Of a DNA stretch of 30,386 bases, positions 8,610-18,215 are shown piece by piece; positions within the stretch are counted from its first letter, which is position 1; every line of letters begins with the position of its first letter. Origin of the DNA: a virus (lineage: Duplodnaviria; Caudoviricetes); IMG/VR virus record IMGVR_UViG_3300044633_001359, positions 1 through 30,386 of that record. The stretch is one strand, 5' to 3'. Under the pieces are notes generated by a model. That model was not told where the DNA came from. It saw nothing but the letters and a program-made list of their open reading frames with translations, and searched no databases. The position numbers were made by a program, and so were the translations under genes.

Positions 8610-9517
8610 TAAGTTGTTATATTTGTGAAGTTTTTGCTGAAGTCAATGTTATTACCTCTACTTTGTCTAACCTCGTAAAGTAACGCATTAAATTGGTCTC
8701 TAATTTCATATAAGTTGTATTGTCTGTATATGTTATTTTGAGAGTCATAGATTGTATAGATACCATCATCAATTGATTTGGTTTGATTACCATAAAGAGC
8801 AATTGCAAGAGACGATACGTCGTACTCAACCATTTCAATTTCCAAAGTAATTGGATTGAAATAGGTATTTGAGATTATAATGTTTTGGTTTGGTTGTCCA
8901 ATAAACGGTGTTGCATTTGGATTGTTTGTTGGCGATGAAGATGGTGATAATGTTAAGAATATTAAATTAGAATTACCCTCAACATATCTGTATCTAATAC
9001 TTTTTTGAGTTGTGTTTGTTTCATTTGTTACAACTGGTTCACAAAAGAACGATGAGGTAACAACTCTAAAGAAATTTGGTATCTTTGAACCATCGGGATT
9101 TAGATATTCTATTCTAAAACCAACCAACCCTTGTGGTACAAATTTGTTTTGGTACTGTGTTGGTACATTTGTAATATCAATAATAATACCTTTTACGTTT
9201 GGTAACGCATTTAACACACCACAATCAGTAATTCTTGTTCTAATCTGCGCTGGTCTCAAATACAATGTATAGATTCCAAGAGCGTTGAATTGCTCTGCAG
9301 GTAATGTTAAATTATATAGTCCACCCAATACCTCAACACCAGCATTTCCACCTGTTTGAGTATTGTTGAAGTAAGGCTTAAGAATTGTTTGTGCGTCAAG
9401 TTGGGTTAGGGTAAAGTTATCCGTAACATCCCTTGATGGAGTGTAATTCATTATTATTTGTACATCTTCAGGTGAAACATCTGAAGGTCTAATTGTGCCG
9501 TATGAACCTATTGCCAT
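8609..9517 (-). CDS. Hypothetical structural protein (baseplate region)
   Basis: 302-aa ORF, translationally coupled (TAATG) to the wedge gene, with a beta-rich composition. No family recognised. Confidence 0.6.
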   Translation of the reverse strand: MAIGSYGTIRPSDVSPEDVQIIMNYTPSRDVTDNFTLTQLDAQTILKPYFNNTQTGGNAGVEVLGGLYNLTLPAEQFNALGIYTLYLRPAQIRTRITDCGVLNALPNVKGIIIDITNVPTQYQNKFVPQGLVGFRIEYLNPDGSKIPNFFRVVTSSFFCEPVVTNETNTTQKSIRYRYVEGNSNLIFLTLSPSSSPTNNPNATPFIGQPNQNIIISNTYFNPITLEIEMVEYDVSSLAIALYGNQTKSIDDGIYTIYDSQNNIYRQYNLYEIRDQFNALLYEVRQSRGNNIDFSKNFTNITT

Positions 9518-9530
9518 ATCTTTTTATCTT

Positions 9531-9537
9531 ATAAATA
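9531..9537 (-). promoter_or_regulatory. Putative phage late-promoter motif TATTTAT
   Basis: AAACTATTTATA, 13 nt upstream of ATG 9517. Confidence 0.45.
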
Positions 9538-9539
9538 GT

Positions 9540-10649
9540 TTAGTTCTTTTTTTCAACGTTAAAAAATCCATATCCGTAGTTAATCATGTCACCTAAATTA
9601 TCCACTTCACCCATTCTTTGAATTCGTTCATAAGCAGAATTCTTTCCTCGTTCAACAAAAACATTAGTCTGTATCTGTGGTTGGTCAACCGCTTTAAGTA
9701 AAACTTCTTCTTTGGTTATTGGTCTTGCAGTTAAATTACTATCGGTAAATCCTGAAGATTGTTCAAAAAATATTGTCGTACCATCGATATAATCATAGTA
9801 ATCAACCAAATTAACCGTATAAGCAGTAAATGTTGTTGCAGTGTTTGTGATTGCTCCCCATATTTGACCATTTTTAACTACAGGAACACCAACTTGGAAT
9901 TTGTTTGGTCCATACATTGCCAATTCATTAAGTTTTGATTTTGTTAACCCTGAAACTGTAAATGGAACCGTTGTAAAATTATTTGAGGTTTGAGCGGATA
10001 CAACATTTACCGCGTCACCTGAAAATATATAATCATAACTAATAGGTGTCTCAAACCAATTACCACCCGCAGGAATAAAAAATGCTTGACCATTTGGGTT
10101 ATTAGGAACAACATCAACATAAGGCGTTGTCACAGTTTTTGAAACTTTTGTGACACCCCATGGATTAGTTTGTTTTAAAGTAATAGTATATTGAGCGTTT
10201 GCAACAGGATAAGTGTGTACAATTGAATTTGGTGTGTATGTGTTAATTGTCTGTTCAGGAGTACCATCACCCCAATCAATTTTATACGCAGATAACTTAA
10301 GAAACTTTTGAAACTCACTTGATGTATTATATACATTATATACATATGGGTCAGCAGTTGTTGACGAAAATATAAAATTGGCAACCACGTCTTTTTGTAA
10401 TACCGCACCATCAAATGGACTATAATAACCAAAGTCAACAGCGGTTTGTCTGATTAAGATAGGTATAGTTAAACCTGTAAGTAGTGAACTTCCATTTGGA
10501 CCCGCACTTAATACTTGGGTCATAGCAGAATAAACGCCAGTTGTTTCACCAGTATAATTTGGTCCAACATCCTGACCTTGCATGTTAACCGTAAAGATGT
10601 CACCCTTAATAGTTTCAGGTGAAATAATAATATTATAAAAATCCTCCAT
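9540..10649 (-). CDS. Structural protein with a PKD-like Ig-fold domain
   Basis: YKIDWGDGTPEQ...IVHTYPVANAQYTITL matches the PKD signature WdfGDG...HtY...g.ytvtL. Confidence 0.65.
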   Translation of the reverse strand: MEDFYNIIISPETIKGDIFTVNMQGQDVGPNYTGETTGVYSAMTQVLSAGPNGSSLLTGLTIPILIRQTAVDFGYYSPFDGAVLQKDVVANFIFSSTTADPYVYNVYNTSSEFQKFLKLSAYKIDWGDGTPEQTINTYTPNSIVHTYPVANAQYTITLKQTNPWGVTKVSKTVTTPYVDVVPNNPNGQAFFIPAGGNWFETPISYDYIFSGDAVNVVSAQTSNNFTTVPFTVSGLTKSKLNELAMYGPNKFQVGVPVVKNGQIWGAITNTATTFTAYTVNLVDYYDYIDGTTIFFEQSSGFTDSNLTARPITKEEVLLKAVDQPQIQTNVFVERGKNSAYERIQRMGEVDNLGDMINYGYGFFNVEKKN

Positions 10650-11470
10650 TATGGGTTAACATATTCATACCATTTTATGGGTTCCAAAGTTCCCGCTCGC
10701 TCACCATCATTCAAATAAATTGTTTGATTTGGGTTCATGTTAAATACCTGATACTCTTGTTTGTCATAATCAAGATGAACTCTATAATAGAAGTATTGTG
10801 AATTATCAAACACGTATTTATTACCTGATAAAGATGATTGTGGCATATTCATCATTTTAACAAACACACCTTGTTTTGCGTCATAAAACTTGGCGGTCAT
10901 GTAAAATGTTTCAATATCCAAGAATGTTCTTTTTTTCAGCCAATAAAGAAAAAAACCTTCTTTATCGCCAACGTAGTCAAGAACATACGATGGTTTATTA
11001 ATAGTAACAGGTGTTGTTTGCATAATGGCATTCATTTTCAATCCCTGTTGTGTTGGAATTATTATTGTTATATAATTTTTCTGTCTTTTCTCATCAAAGT
11101 TATCATATAAATCAAGTTTAAAAAATGAGTTTGAATAATTGTTTGAGTAATAATATATCTCTTGAGTGGTGAATCCTTCCGCCCTATAATCAGTAATCCA
11201 ATTTGACGAACTATCTAATGAAGTTCCCGAATAAAAATAAAACTCATATTTAATATCCGTTGGGTCATTTGTTGCACCTGTTAATGGTGAATGGCCAAAT
11301 CGACTAACTTCAAAATCTCGTCCAACTCCAATTACCTCTGTAATGATTTCACTTTCATATGCCTCAATACTTTGGTCTTGTCCCAAATAATCCCAAGTAA
11401 ATTGTACTGGGATGGTAAGTTGTTTATCAACAAACCCATCTTTACGAATAGTTAATTTATTCACACTCAT
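10649..11470 (-). CDS. Hypothetical structural protein (baseplate region)
   Basis: 273-aa aromatic-rich ORF overlapping both neighbours. An alternative GTG start is possible at 11464. Confidence 0.6.
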   Translation of the reverse strand: MSVNKLTIRKDGFVDKQLTIPVQFTWDYLGQDQSIEAYESEIITEVIGVGRDFEVSRFGHSPLTGATNDPTDIKYEFYFYSGTSLDSSSNWITDYRAEGFTTQEIYYYSNNYSNSFFKLDLYDNFDEKRQKNYITIIIPTQQGLKMNAIMQTTPVTINKPSYVLDYVGDKEGFFLYWLKKRTFLDIETFYMTAKFYDAKQGVFVKMMNMPQSSLSGNKYVFDNSQYFYYRVHLDYDKQEYQVFNMNPNQTIYLNDGERAGTLEPIKWYEYVNP

Positions 11471-13145
11471 CTATCAATGGTTTAATTGGGAATTCAACAC
11501 CAAGTGTGTTGTAATTTATACCTTCAGGTATTAACCTAAAAGTTAATTCTTTAAATGGATATTGGGCACTATTCAAAAATGGATAGTCCACACCTCGTTC
11601 TAAATTATCTCTAAAACCGTAACTATATAAATCCCTCCATCTAAATTGTTGGTCCGAGTTTGAATAGTATGAATAGAATGGTACATTATCAACCTGTCCA
11701 ACATTCGCTGTCTCAACATAATCGGAGAATACTCTAATAGTCATTGAGGTATGTGGCTTATAGTAAAATCCTGGACTATTTGTATCATACAAACTTGTGG
11801 TTTGGAACACATTCTGATTATAATTAATTTTTTGATAATACGGTGATATAACTCTTTCAATTTGGTCATAGTCATTCCATTCACAAAAATCCCCGTCAAT
11901 TATATCCCCTTCTTTCAAATCTTGATTATAGTAGAAAGTTTTAGTTACACCATTAGTTAATGTGTAGTTTGATGTTGGTATATTAGTATCTGAAAAATTA
12001 TTTTGTAAATCCCACCAAGCACTTACAGGCGAAGTTATATTAAACTCCCACCCTTGTTTTAAACCAATATTATTATTTGGTTGATTAAAATAACCTGAAT
12101 ATCCTTTATTGATAATAGTTAAAAACAATTCAGTTACAGGTCTACCTTGATTATCTAACACACCAAATAAATTGATGTCATTCGCAACTGTTACGTTATA
12201 AGAATTACTACTTGTCTTTTGTGAAATCCTTGATACGTTATTTGGAGTTATCGAACTATATTCAAATTGTTTTTCTTCACCAAACACGTTCTTTTCAAAT
12301 CCATTTTTGGTTATTACCACACCATCAACATCTGTTAATATTTTATGTTGTCTTATATAATATTCAGATTTTGTTTCGGTAATGTTATCAGGGTTAATAA
12401 CCCTTTTAAATATACCTGTAACCCCATTAGCAAATGTTGTACCTGTATACCCAAAATTATAAATACTGAAAATATATTCCTCACTATCAAATTCATTATT
12501 ACCTAAAGAATATACTTGGAATAAGTTTATTTGGTTATAAAAGAAAGATAGCTCAACATATTCACCAACCGATAAACCATGAGGAGCAATACACTGAAAT
12601 GATATTACATTACTTCCATTTTGAGTTCTATTAATAATCGAAAACGGTATTCCTTCAGACGCTATCCAATCATACGAACTATTATTTAACTCATATGATA
12701 GTTGTTTTGTACTATCATTACTATAAGCATGACTAATATAATAGGTCCAATTGTATGTGTAAGCACTTTTTGGTTTGTAATCAATGTGTTGGTCAGTTAT
12801 TCGTGGTCTATAAAAATCAAATTCGTAGAATTGAGGAAATCCTTTCCATATACCATTAACCGTAGATTGTATTGGGTCAATATAAAATAAATTATTTCTA
12901 AATGGGATATATCCTGTAGTACCAGTGTATGTATTCGCATAGATATAGTTTACTTTAAAGGTTGGTCTAAATGTTGAACTAGCCTGTCTTTCATCATCAA
13001 AAACCTGTGCAAGATTAATACTTTGACTTCGGTCATATTCAACAATTAATTGTGATTGTTGTTCTAAAGTCACACTAATATCTTGGTCAACAAATGGAGC
13101 CGACTTATATTCCTGACTACTTGGTATGATAGTATACTTATTCAC
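11457..13145 (-). CDS. Hypothetical structural protein (baseplate region)
   Basis: 562-aa ORF with a GTG start overlapping the upstream stop. Contains APHGLSVGEYVEL, an HGL..G..V small beta-barrel motif common in phage tail/baseplate proteins. Confidence 0.6.
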   Translation of the reverse strand: MNKYTIIPSSQEYKSAPFVDQDISVTLEQQSQLIVEYDRSQSINLAQVFDDERQASSTFRPTFKVNYIYANTYTGTTGYIPFRNNLFYIDPIQSTVNGIWKGFPQFYEFDFYRPRITDQHIDYKPKSAYTYNWTYYISHAYSNDSTKQLSYELNNSSYDWIASEGIPFSIINRTQNGSNVISFQCIAPHGLSVGEYVELSFFYNQINLFQVYSLGNNEFDSEEYIFSIYNFGYTGTTFANGVTGIFKRVINPDNITETKSEYYIRQHKILTDVDGVVITKNGFEKNVFGEEKQFEYSSITPNNVSRISQKTSSNSYNVTVANDINLFGVLDNQGRPVTELFLTIINKGYSGYFNQPNNNIGLKQGWEFNITSPVSAWWDLQNNFSDTNIPTSNYTLTNGVTKTFYYNQDLKEGDIIDGDFCEWNDYDQIERVISPYYQKINYNQNVFQTTSLYDTNSPGFYYKPHTSMTIRVFSDYVETANVGQVDNVPFYSYYSNSDQQFRWRDLYSYGFRDNLERGVDYPFLNSAQYPFKELTFRLIPEGINYNTLGVEFPIKPLIDECE

Positions 13146-16100
13146 TTATCGAATATTTTGTTTTAAATTTATCCAATGCCGTCAGACCCTTTTTAATTCC
13201 AAAGTAAAAATGGAATGGAGCACTAACTAAAAATTTGCTTGATGGGATACCTCCCATACTATATGAATAACCACCACTTGAGTTAACATTAAAAATATAC
13301 CCTCTTTGGTATATATCATTAGTATTATTAGAACCAACAAAATAAGTTGGTGGGTCAATATTTCTTCTATCTAAAGATTGATAATTAAACCCAAAAATAC
13401 CACTAACATTAATATTAGAATCTTGATTTGTTTTCCAATTATTAAATTGAGAACCAAAAATATTTGGAGTGTATTCTTGTTTTAACTCCCATTGATAGAA
13501 TGGCACATACTGTGATTTAATTCCATATGGATATGTAATTGCATTAGCTCCAGGTGTCGGTCTAAAGTTAATAACCCCTGGAGTTAAATAATCTTTATTT
13601 TGTAAATCAAACGTGGTTGATGAAAAGAAAATACCCATTGTTGGTGAAGTTGGAGGACCTAAAATAACCACTGGGTCGGAAGAAGTTCCATTAACACTAT
13701 AAAATTCAGGTGAAAATGGTATTACACCAAACTCAGAATTAATAGACAAACTCTGAGCCAAATCACCGTCAATTCTTCTATTATCACCATCACGAGTAAA
13801 TAACGAATTTAAACTATTATCTTGATTAGTAGGTAAACCAAATAAAAATTTACTATTAGTTATTCTGGAAATTACAAACAAATTAACCAAATCAGATGTA
13901 TCAGAATAACTAGTAGGGTTTAGATTGTTCATTATATACCCTTTGGATGATGGTTCATAATTTATTTCGCCATAAAAATCATCCTTCATACCCAAATTAA
14001 TAATTGTTGTTGGGAATAATAAATTTCTCTGATTAGTTGGTCTAATTAAACCTGTGGTTGGTCTTCCAATAAATCTTTGCGTCGTTGAACCTGAAAGATA
14101 TGGTGAACTTCGATAGTAAAAATTATTAGTATCACTATCAAAATAAACCAATTCTTTTACAAATTCAGGTGGTAATGCTTGGTTTTTATCATTAAAATAA
14201 GTATCCACTTGGATTGGGAACATATACAAGGAACCATTAACCCAATTGTTCGTAAAGGTTTGTGATAGAACTCCTCGACATAAACCATAGAAAAATCTAA
14301 ATCTGTAACCCCACTCAGCGAAATTTTTAATATCTTTTATTAAATCATTTAAAGGGTCTTGGACAAAGATATAACAACCAGCTTCAACCGTAGCACCATC
14401 TGAACAATTTGATTTAATTCCAAAAGTTGTTCCGTCACCTTCATAACATCCTAAACCAACCAAATTCTGACAACTACCTAAAGTTTCAATAACGTTTATA
14501 GATGCTAATTGTCCATCAATATTTGCGGTTGCCTGAGAAGCTCCTGTTGAAAATCCTGGTGCAATATACTCCACTCCTTCATTATCATACGCATAAACAG
14601 CAAACCCAAGATTTTGTTGTAATAAACTAACATTACCTCTTAAATTATTACTATCAATGTAATCCGATGACGGTAGTCTATCAGTTCTCATCACATTTTT
14701 TGAGTATCCTGTAATATTAAGTTGACTAGCCCCTGTTAATGATGGATATAAAATAGGACTAAAATAAATCGTACCAAACGGACTATAACTTACTTGTGTA
14801 GATGTGGTTGCAGGATATTCAGTTAAAGGGTTACCGAACAATATTGCACCTCCTGATAAATCCTCAGCAATATCATAATCATTTACTGAAACAGCACTTT
14901 CATAATACACGTTTGTAGTTTTAGTTGACACCCCTTTAGATGTGCCATACACTGGAGTTTGATTAATAAAGGAAGAAGAGTTATATGTTGAACCAGGAAC
15001 TACTACATACCTATTTGTCGAAATTCCATCAAGTGCGCCATAGTACCCAACATTGCTTGTAGTGTATGACGAATACTGTAAACCTGGTGTGGTAGACCCC
15101 ACAACACCAGGGGTATAAAAATGTGATTGGAAATAAATATTATTTTGAGTATTGTGTTGAGGTACCGAAGTTGGGGAACCATTTGGTATTTTTTGTATGG
15201 GTATATTAACCCTTGTCGATGCGGTAAATGTCCAATTAACATCATTTTCATCTGTACCAAACAAAGTACCAATAGAATATTTATTGGTTAATAATGGGGA
15301 ATATGGGTCAACTCCTCTTTGTAAAATTAATATTACTTGGTCCGTGAATCCATCCATATAATCGGTAGGATTCAAAGTAACCGTACTTTCTAAAGTTGCG
15401 GCATTTCCAGGATACCCAATAATTTGTTTTTCGTAATTTTCAATAATACTATTTTGTCTTAATACCCCTTCATAAAAACCACCAGAATTAGCAGAATTTG
15501 GCACAATAGGTATTGTAACACCATTAACAGTTGTTGTTGTAATAGTAATTGCGGTCAATACTTGATAGTATTCAATATCTGATGGGTAAGTATATCTTTG
15601 GCAAGTGTTTCCACTATTAATTAAATTAAATGTTGCAGTACCGTTAAATGTACCTAACGTAATACAATTATCATTTGTTATTGTTTGTACACCCAATGAT
15701 AACGCATCATAAGTATTACTACCACCTGAACAATCACCGTATATTATAGTACCCAAACTTGTAACATCAACGGTGATACTATCAACACAAGTGACATTTG
15801 TTTGTGCAGGTATTGTATATACCGTATTTAAATTATTATTTGTATTTGATGGGTCAGCATATTCAACATTAATCGTAAACTCATTAGTTTGAATAATCCC
15901 ATTAATACCCTTTAAAACGGCTCCCGATGGCGTAGTACCACTCCATAAATAATTTTTATCTGTAGTTTTTTCAGGAGCGATAAAACTCAACAAGGTACCC
16001 GCAGGAAAACTTTGTGTTGATAATACCGTTAATGTATTATCGTAGTGATATGTTAAGTTATTTTCAGATGCAAAAGTTACTTTAATTTTATTAACACCTT

Positions 16101-18123
16101 CAAAATATTTATTTCTAGTGTTAAACACATTTATTCTCTCACCAATAGGTAAGGTCTGTTTTTGAATTGAGTATTCAAAAAAGTTTACAGGTGAACTTTT
16201 AGCTGTTTTAAAAAGTTGTGGATTATTAGGTTGTGCACTATTAGTTGATATTGCTTGTGAAATTGTAGTACTTAAATCAGTACTAAATTGTTCAGTTAAT
16301 TTATTGTAATATAATTGTGAATTAGAGACTTGAGTTAATACTCCCGTTTCAATTGGTGTTGATAAAAGAGATGCAATATTTGGGGTATTAGTTGATTGGG
16401 ATTTAGTATCTCCACAGTTACATGCCTGACATTCAGGATATGTAATCATTGGTAATTTTATATAATCAATATTTGGAACTAATAAACGTATAGGTAACGT
16501 TAATAACCAAAGCGGCCATAACAAAATCTTTAATAAATTATTATTAAATAAGTTTTTAATCCACGCAACAATATGATACGCAACTAATATGGGAATCCCA
16601 ATATATTGTATGATTGTAAATAATATTGAAAATAAAAAGTAAATTAAGTCAAAATTTCTAAATCCTTCATTTACTGGAAATTTGTTGATTGTCGCATCAC
16701 AATCATTACTATCAATTTCTTTAATACCAATAAATCTACCTCTACCACCATTTTTAAATTCATCTATAAGTCCAGCGACGGTATACACTTTATTATAGTC
16801 AAATTGATAAAAAGTGTCTTCACAAGCAATCGCCGCGTTTACATTAGTATAACCTGTCCAATCTAAACCAAAATAATATGAACCCGCTAATCGTTTTTGA
16901 ACCGATGAAATACCAGAATTTACTGGGTCACTTTCAGTATTTGACCAACCATATTCTCTAACGTTAGGAACCAAGTAATAAGGTCTTCTTGTTTGCTCCG
17001 TTAGTGCGGTTGGTTGGGTCCATTTAATTTTAAATCTATATTTACCCTTTGTTGGTATACCTATATCAGGGTCATTAGATAACACTTTGTCACCAAACTC
17101 ATTTGTAATATAATAATCCAAGTTCATTGGTAATTCTGTTAACCATGTTCCATCTCCGTCAATAACGTTACCTGATTGTTCTAATTCATATTCTTCTAAT
17201 GTTGGATTTCCATCACTATCTTGATATATTGTTTGTCTTATTGCAAGAATTTGACCAGGTGCTGTCTGTAGAGAACACAAATTACCCATGTTATCTTTTG
17301 GTCTTGCAGTTCGTTTAACTCTAAATTCATCAGAAGTGGAGTATATTGAACCCATGAAAACCGATGTGGGTTGTATGTTAACATTGGCATCATCCCTTAA
17401 ATCAAAATCAAGTCGATTAATTGCAATATCACAAATACCAGGGTCACCCCATAGTGGTGAAATTTCTAAATTTTTAACTAAGTTAATAATTTGAGGTAAT
17501 GAGTTAATATCATTTGAACTTCTAAATCTATTACCAGCAACTTGTGATTCAGTTGCCAACCCCATTCTAATTAAATCTTGTGGTGTTAATGAAAACTCAC
17601 CTATATCAGATAAGTCCACATCCATTACCACAGTTTGAAACCCAAGTGGGACACCCATAATCATATAATCCCCACTATCATTTGTTTTTGCGGTGAACTT
17701 GTAATATTTGTCGTATATTTCAACCGCGGTATTTCCCGTCAACGCATCTAATCTTGATGGTAATGTACCTGTAGCGGCGTGAGCGGAATATGATTTTTCA
17801 TAAGGTAATAAATTATACCTATAACCATCCTCATTTTTATCTGTTGGGGATTTGTAAGGGTATATACTTGAAATTATTGGGTTTGATTCATCAATATTTG
17901 TAATTGGGATGAATATAGACACTCGAGCATTGGGTAATCCGAATCCGTTGTTAGCGGTAACCCTACCAACAATTACTCCGTAATCAGCACAACTTCTTAT
18001 GTAGATATCCTCCTGTTGTATTTTTAAAGATAAAATCTCTAACTGTTCAAACTCTTGGTCTAACTGTACATTAATAGTTTTACTAATACCTAACTCAGTC
18101 CTTATTCTATATGATTGACCCAT
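13138..18123 (-). CDS. Large baseplate-associated protein with N-terminal carboxypeptidase-regulatory-like (Cna-B type) domain, hydrophobic hairpin and Cys motifs
   Basis: 1661 aa. GRVTANNGFGLPNARVSI...TNDSGDYMIMGVPLG resembles the CarboxypepD_reg-like fold. Hydrophobic stretch at about aa 493-549, followed by YPECQACNC. Immediately downstream of gp6. Confidence 0.55.
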   Translation of the reverse strand: MGQSYRIRTELGISKTINVQLDQEFEQLEILSLKIQQEDIYIRSCADYGVIVGRVTANNGFGLPNARVSIFIPITNIDESNPIISSIYPYKSPTDKNEDGYRYNLLPYEKSYSAHAATGTLPSRLDALTGNTAVEIYDKYYKFTAKTNDSGDYMIMGVPLGFQTVVMDVDLSDIGEFSLTPQDLIRMGLATESQVAGNRFRSSNDINSLPQIINLVKNLEISPLWGDPGICDIAINRLDFDLRDDANVNIQPTSVFMGSIYSTSDEFRVKRTARPKDNMGNLCSLQTAPGQILAIRQTIYQDSDGNPTLEEYELEQSGNVIDGDGTWLTELPMNLDYYITNEFGDKVLSNDPDIGIPTKGKYRFKIKWTQPTALTEQTRRPYYLVPNVREYGWSNTESDPVNSGISSVQKRLAGSYYFGLDWTGYTNVNAAIACEDTFYQFDYNKVYTVAGLIDEFKNGGRGRFIGIKEIDSNDCDATINKFPVNEGFRNFDLIYFLFSILFTIIQYIGIPILVAYHIVAWIKNLFNNNLLKILLWPLWLLTLPIRLLVPNIDYIKLPMITYPECQACNCGDTKSQSTNTPNIASLLSTPIETGVLTQVSNSQLYYNKLTEQFSTDLSTTISQAISTNSAQPNNPQLFKTAKSSPVNFFEYSIQKQTLPIGERINVFNTRNKYFEGVNKIKVTFASENNLTYHYDNTLTVLSTQSFPAGTLLSFIAPEKTTDKNYLWSGTTPSGAVLKGINGIIQTNEFTINVEYADPSNTNNNLNTVYTIPAQTNVTCVDSITVDVTSLGTIIYGDCSGGSNTYDALSLGVQTITNDNCITLGTFNGTATFNLINSGNTCQRYTYPSDIEYYQVLTAITITTTTVNGVTIPIVPNSANSGGFYEGVLRQNSIIENYEKQIIGYPGNAATLESTVTLNPTDYMDGFTDQVILILQRGVDPYSPLLTNKYSIGTLFGTDENDVNWTFTASTRVNIPIQKIPNGSPTSVPQHNTQNNIYFQSHFYTPGVVGSTTPGLQYSSYTTSNVGYYGALDGISTNRYVVVPGSTYNSSSFINQTPVYGTSKGVSTKTTNVYYESAVSVNDYDIAEDLSGGAILFGNPLTEYPATTSTQVSYSPFGTIYFSPILYPSLTGASQLNITGYSKNVMRTDRLPSSDYIDSNNLRGNVSLLQQNLGFAVYAYDNEGVEYIAPGFSTGASQATANIDGQLASINVIETLGSCQNLVGLGCYEGDGTTFGIKSNCSDGATVEAGCYIFVQDPLNDLIKDIKNFAEWGYRFRFFYGLCRGVLSQTFTNNWVNGSLYMFPIQVDTYFNDKNQALPPEFVKELVYFDSDTNNFYYRSSPYLSGSTTQRFIGRPTTGLIRPTNQRNLLFPTTIINLGMKDDFYGEINYEPSSKGYIMNNLNPTSYSDTSDLVNLFVISRITNSKFLFGLPTNQDNSLNSLFTRDGDNRRIDGDLAQSLSINSEFGVIPFSPEFYSVNGTSSDPVVILGPPTSPTMGIFFSSTTFDLQNKDYLTPGVINFRPTPGANAITYPYGIKSQYVPFYQWELKQEYTPNIFGSQFNNWKTNQDSNINVSGIFGFNYQSLDRRNIDPPTYFVGSNNTNDIYQRGYIFNVNSSGGYSYSMGGIPSSKFLVSAPFHFYFGIKKGLTALDKFKTKYSISE

Positions 18124-18138
18124 TAATCTCTTTAGTTA

Positions 18139-18145
18139 ATAAATA
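18139..18145 (-). promoter_or_regulatory. Putative phage late-promoter motif TATTTAT
   Basis: AAACTATTTATT, 15 nt upstream of ATG 18123. Confidence 0.45.
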
Positions 18146-18215
18146 GTTTATGCATTATTTTTAAAGTTTACGCACGTAATTAAATAATAACTTAAAGTAA
18201 AAATAAATAAACTTG

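Noticed and set aside
18124-18215. tRNA or structured ncRNA in the longest intergenic gap
   Set aside because: The gap is 92 nt of very AT-rich sequence with no cloverleaf or stable stem.
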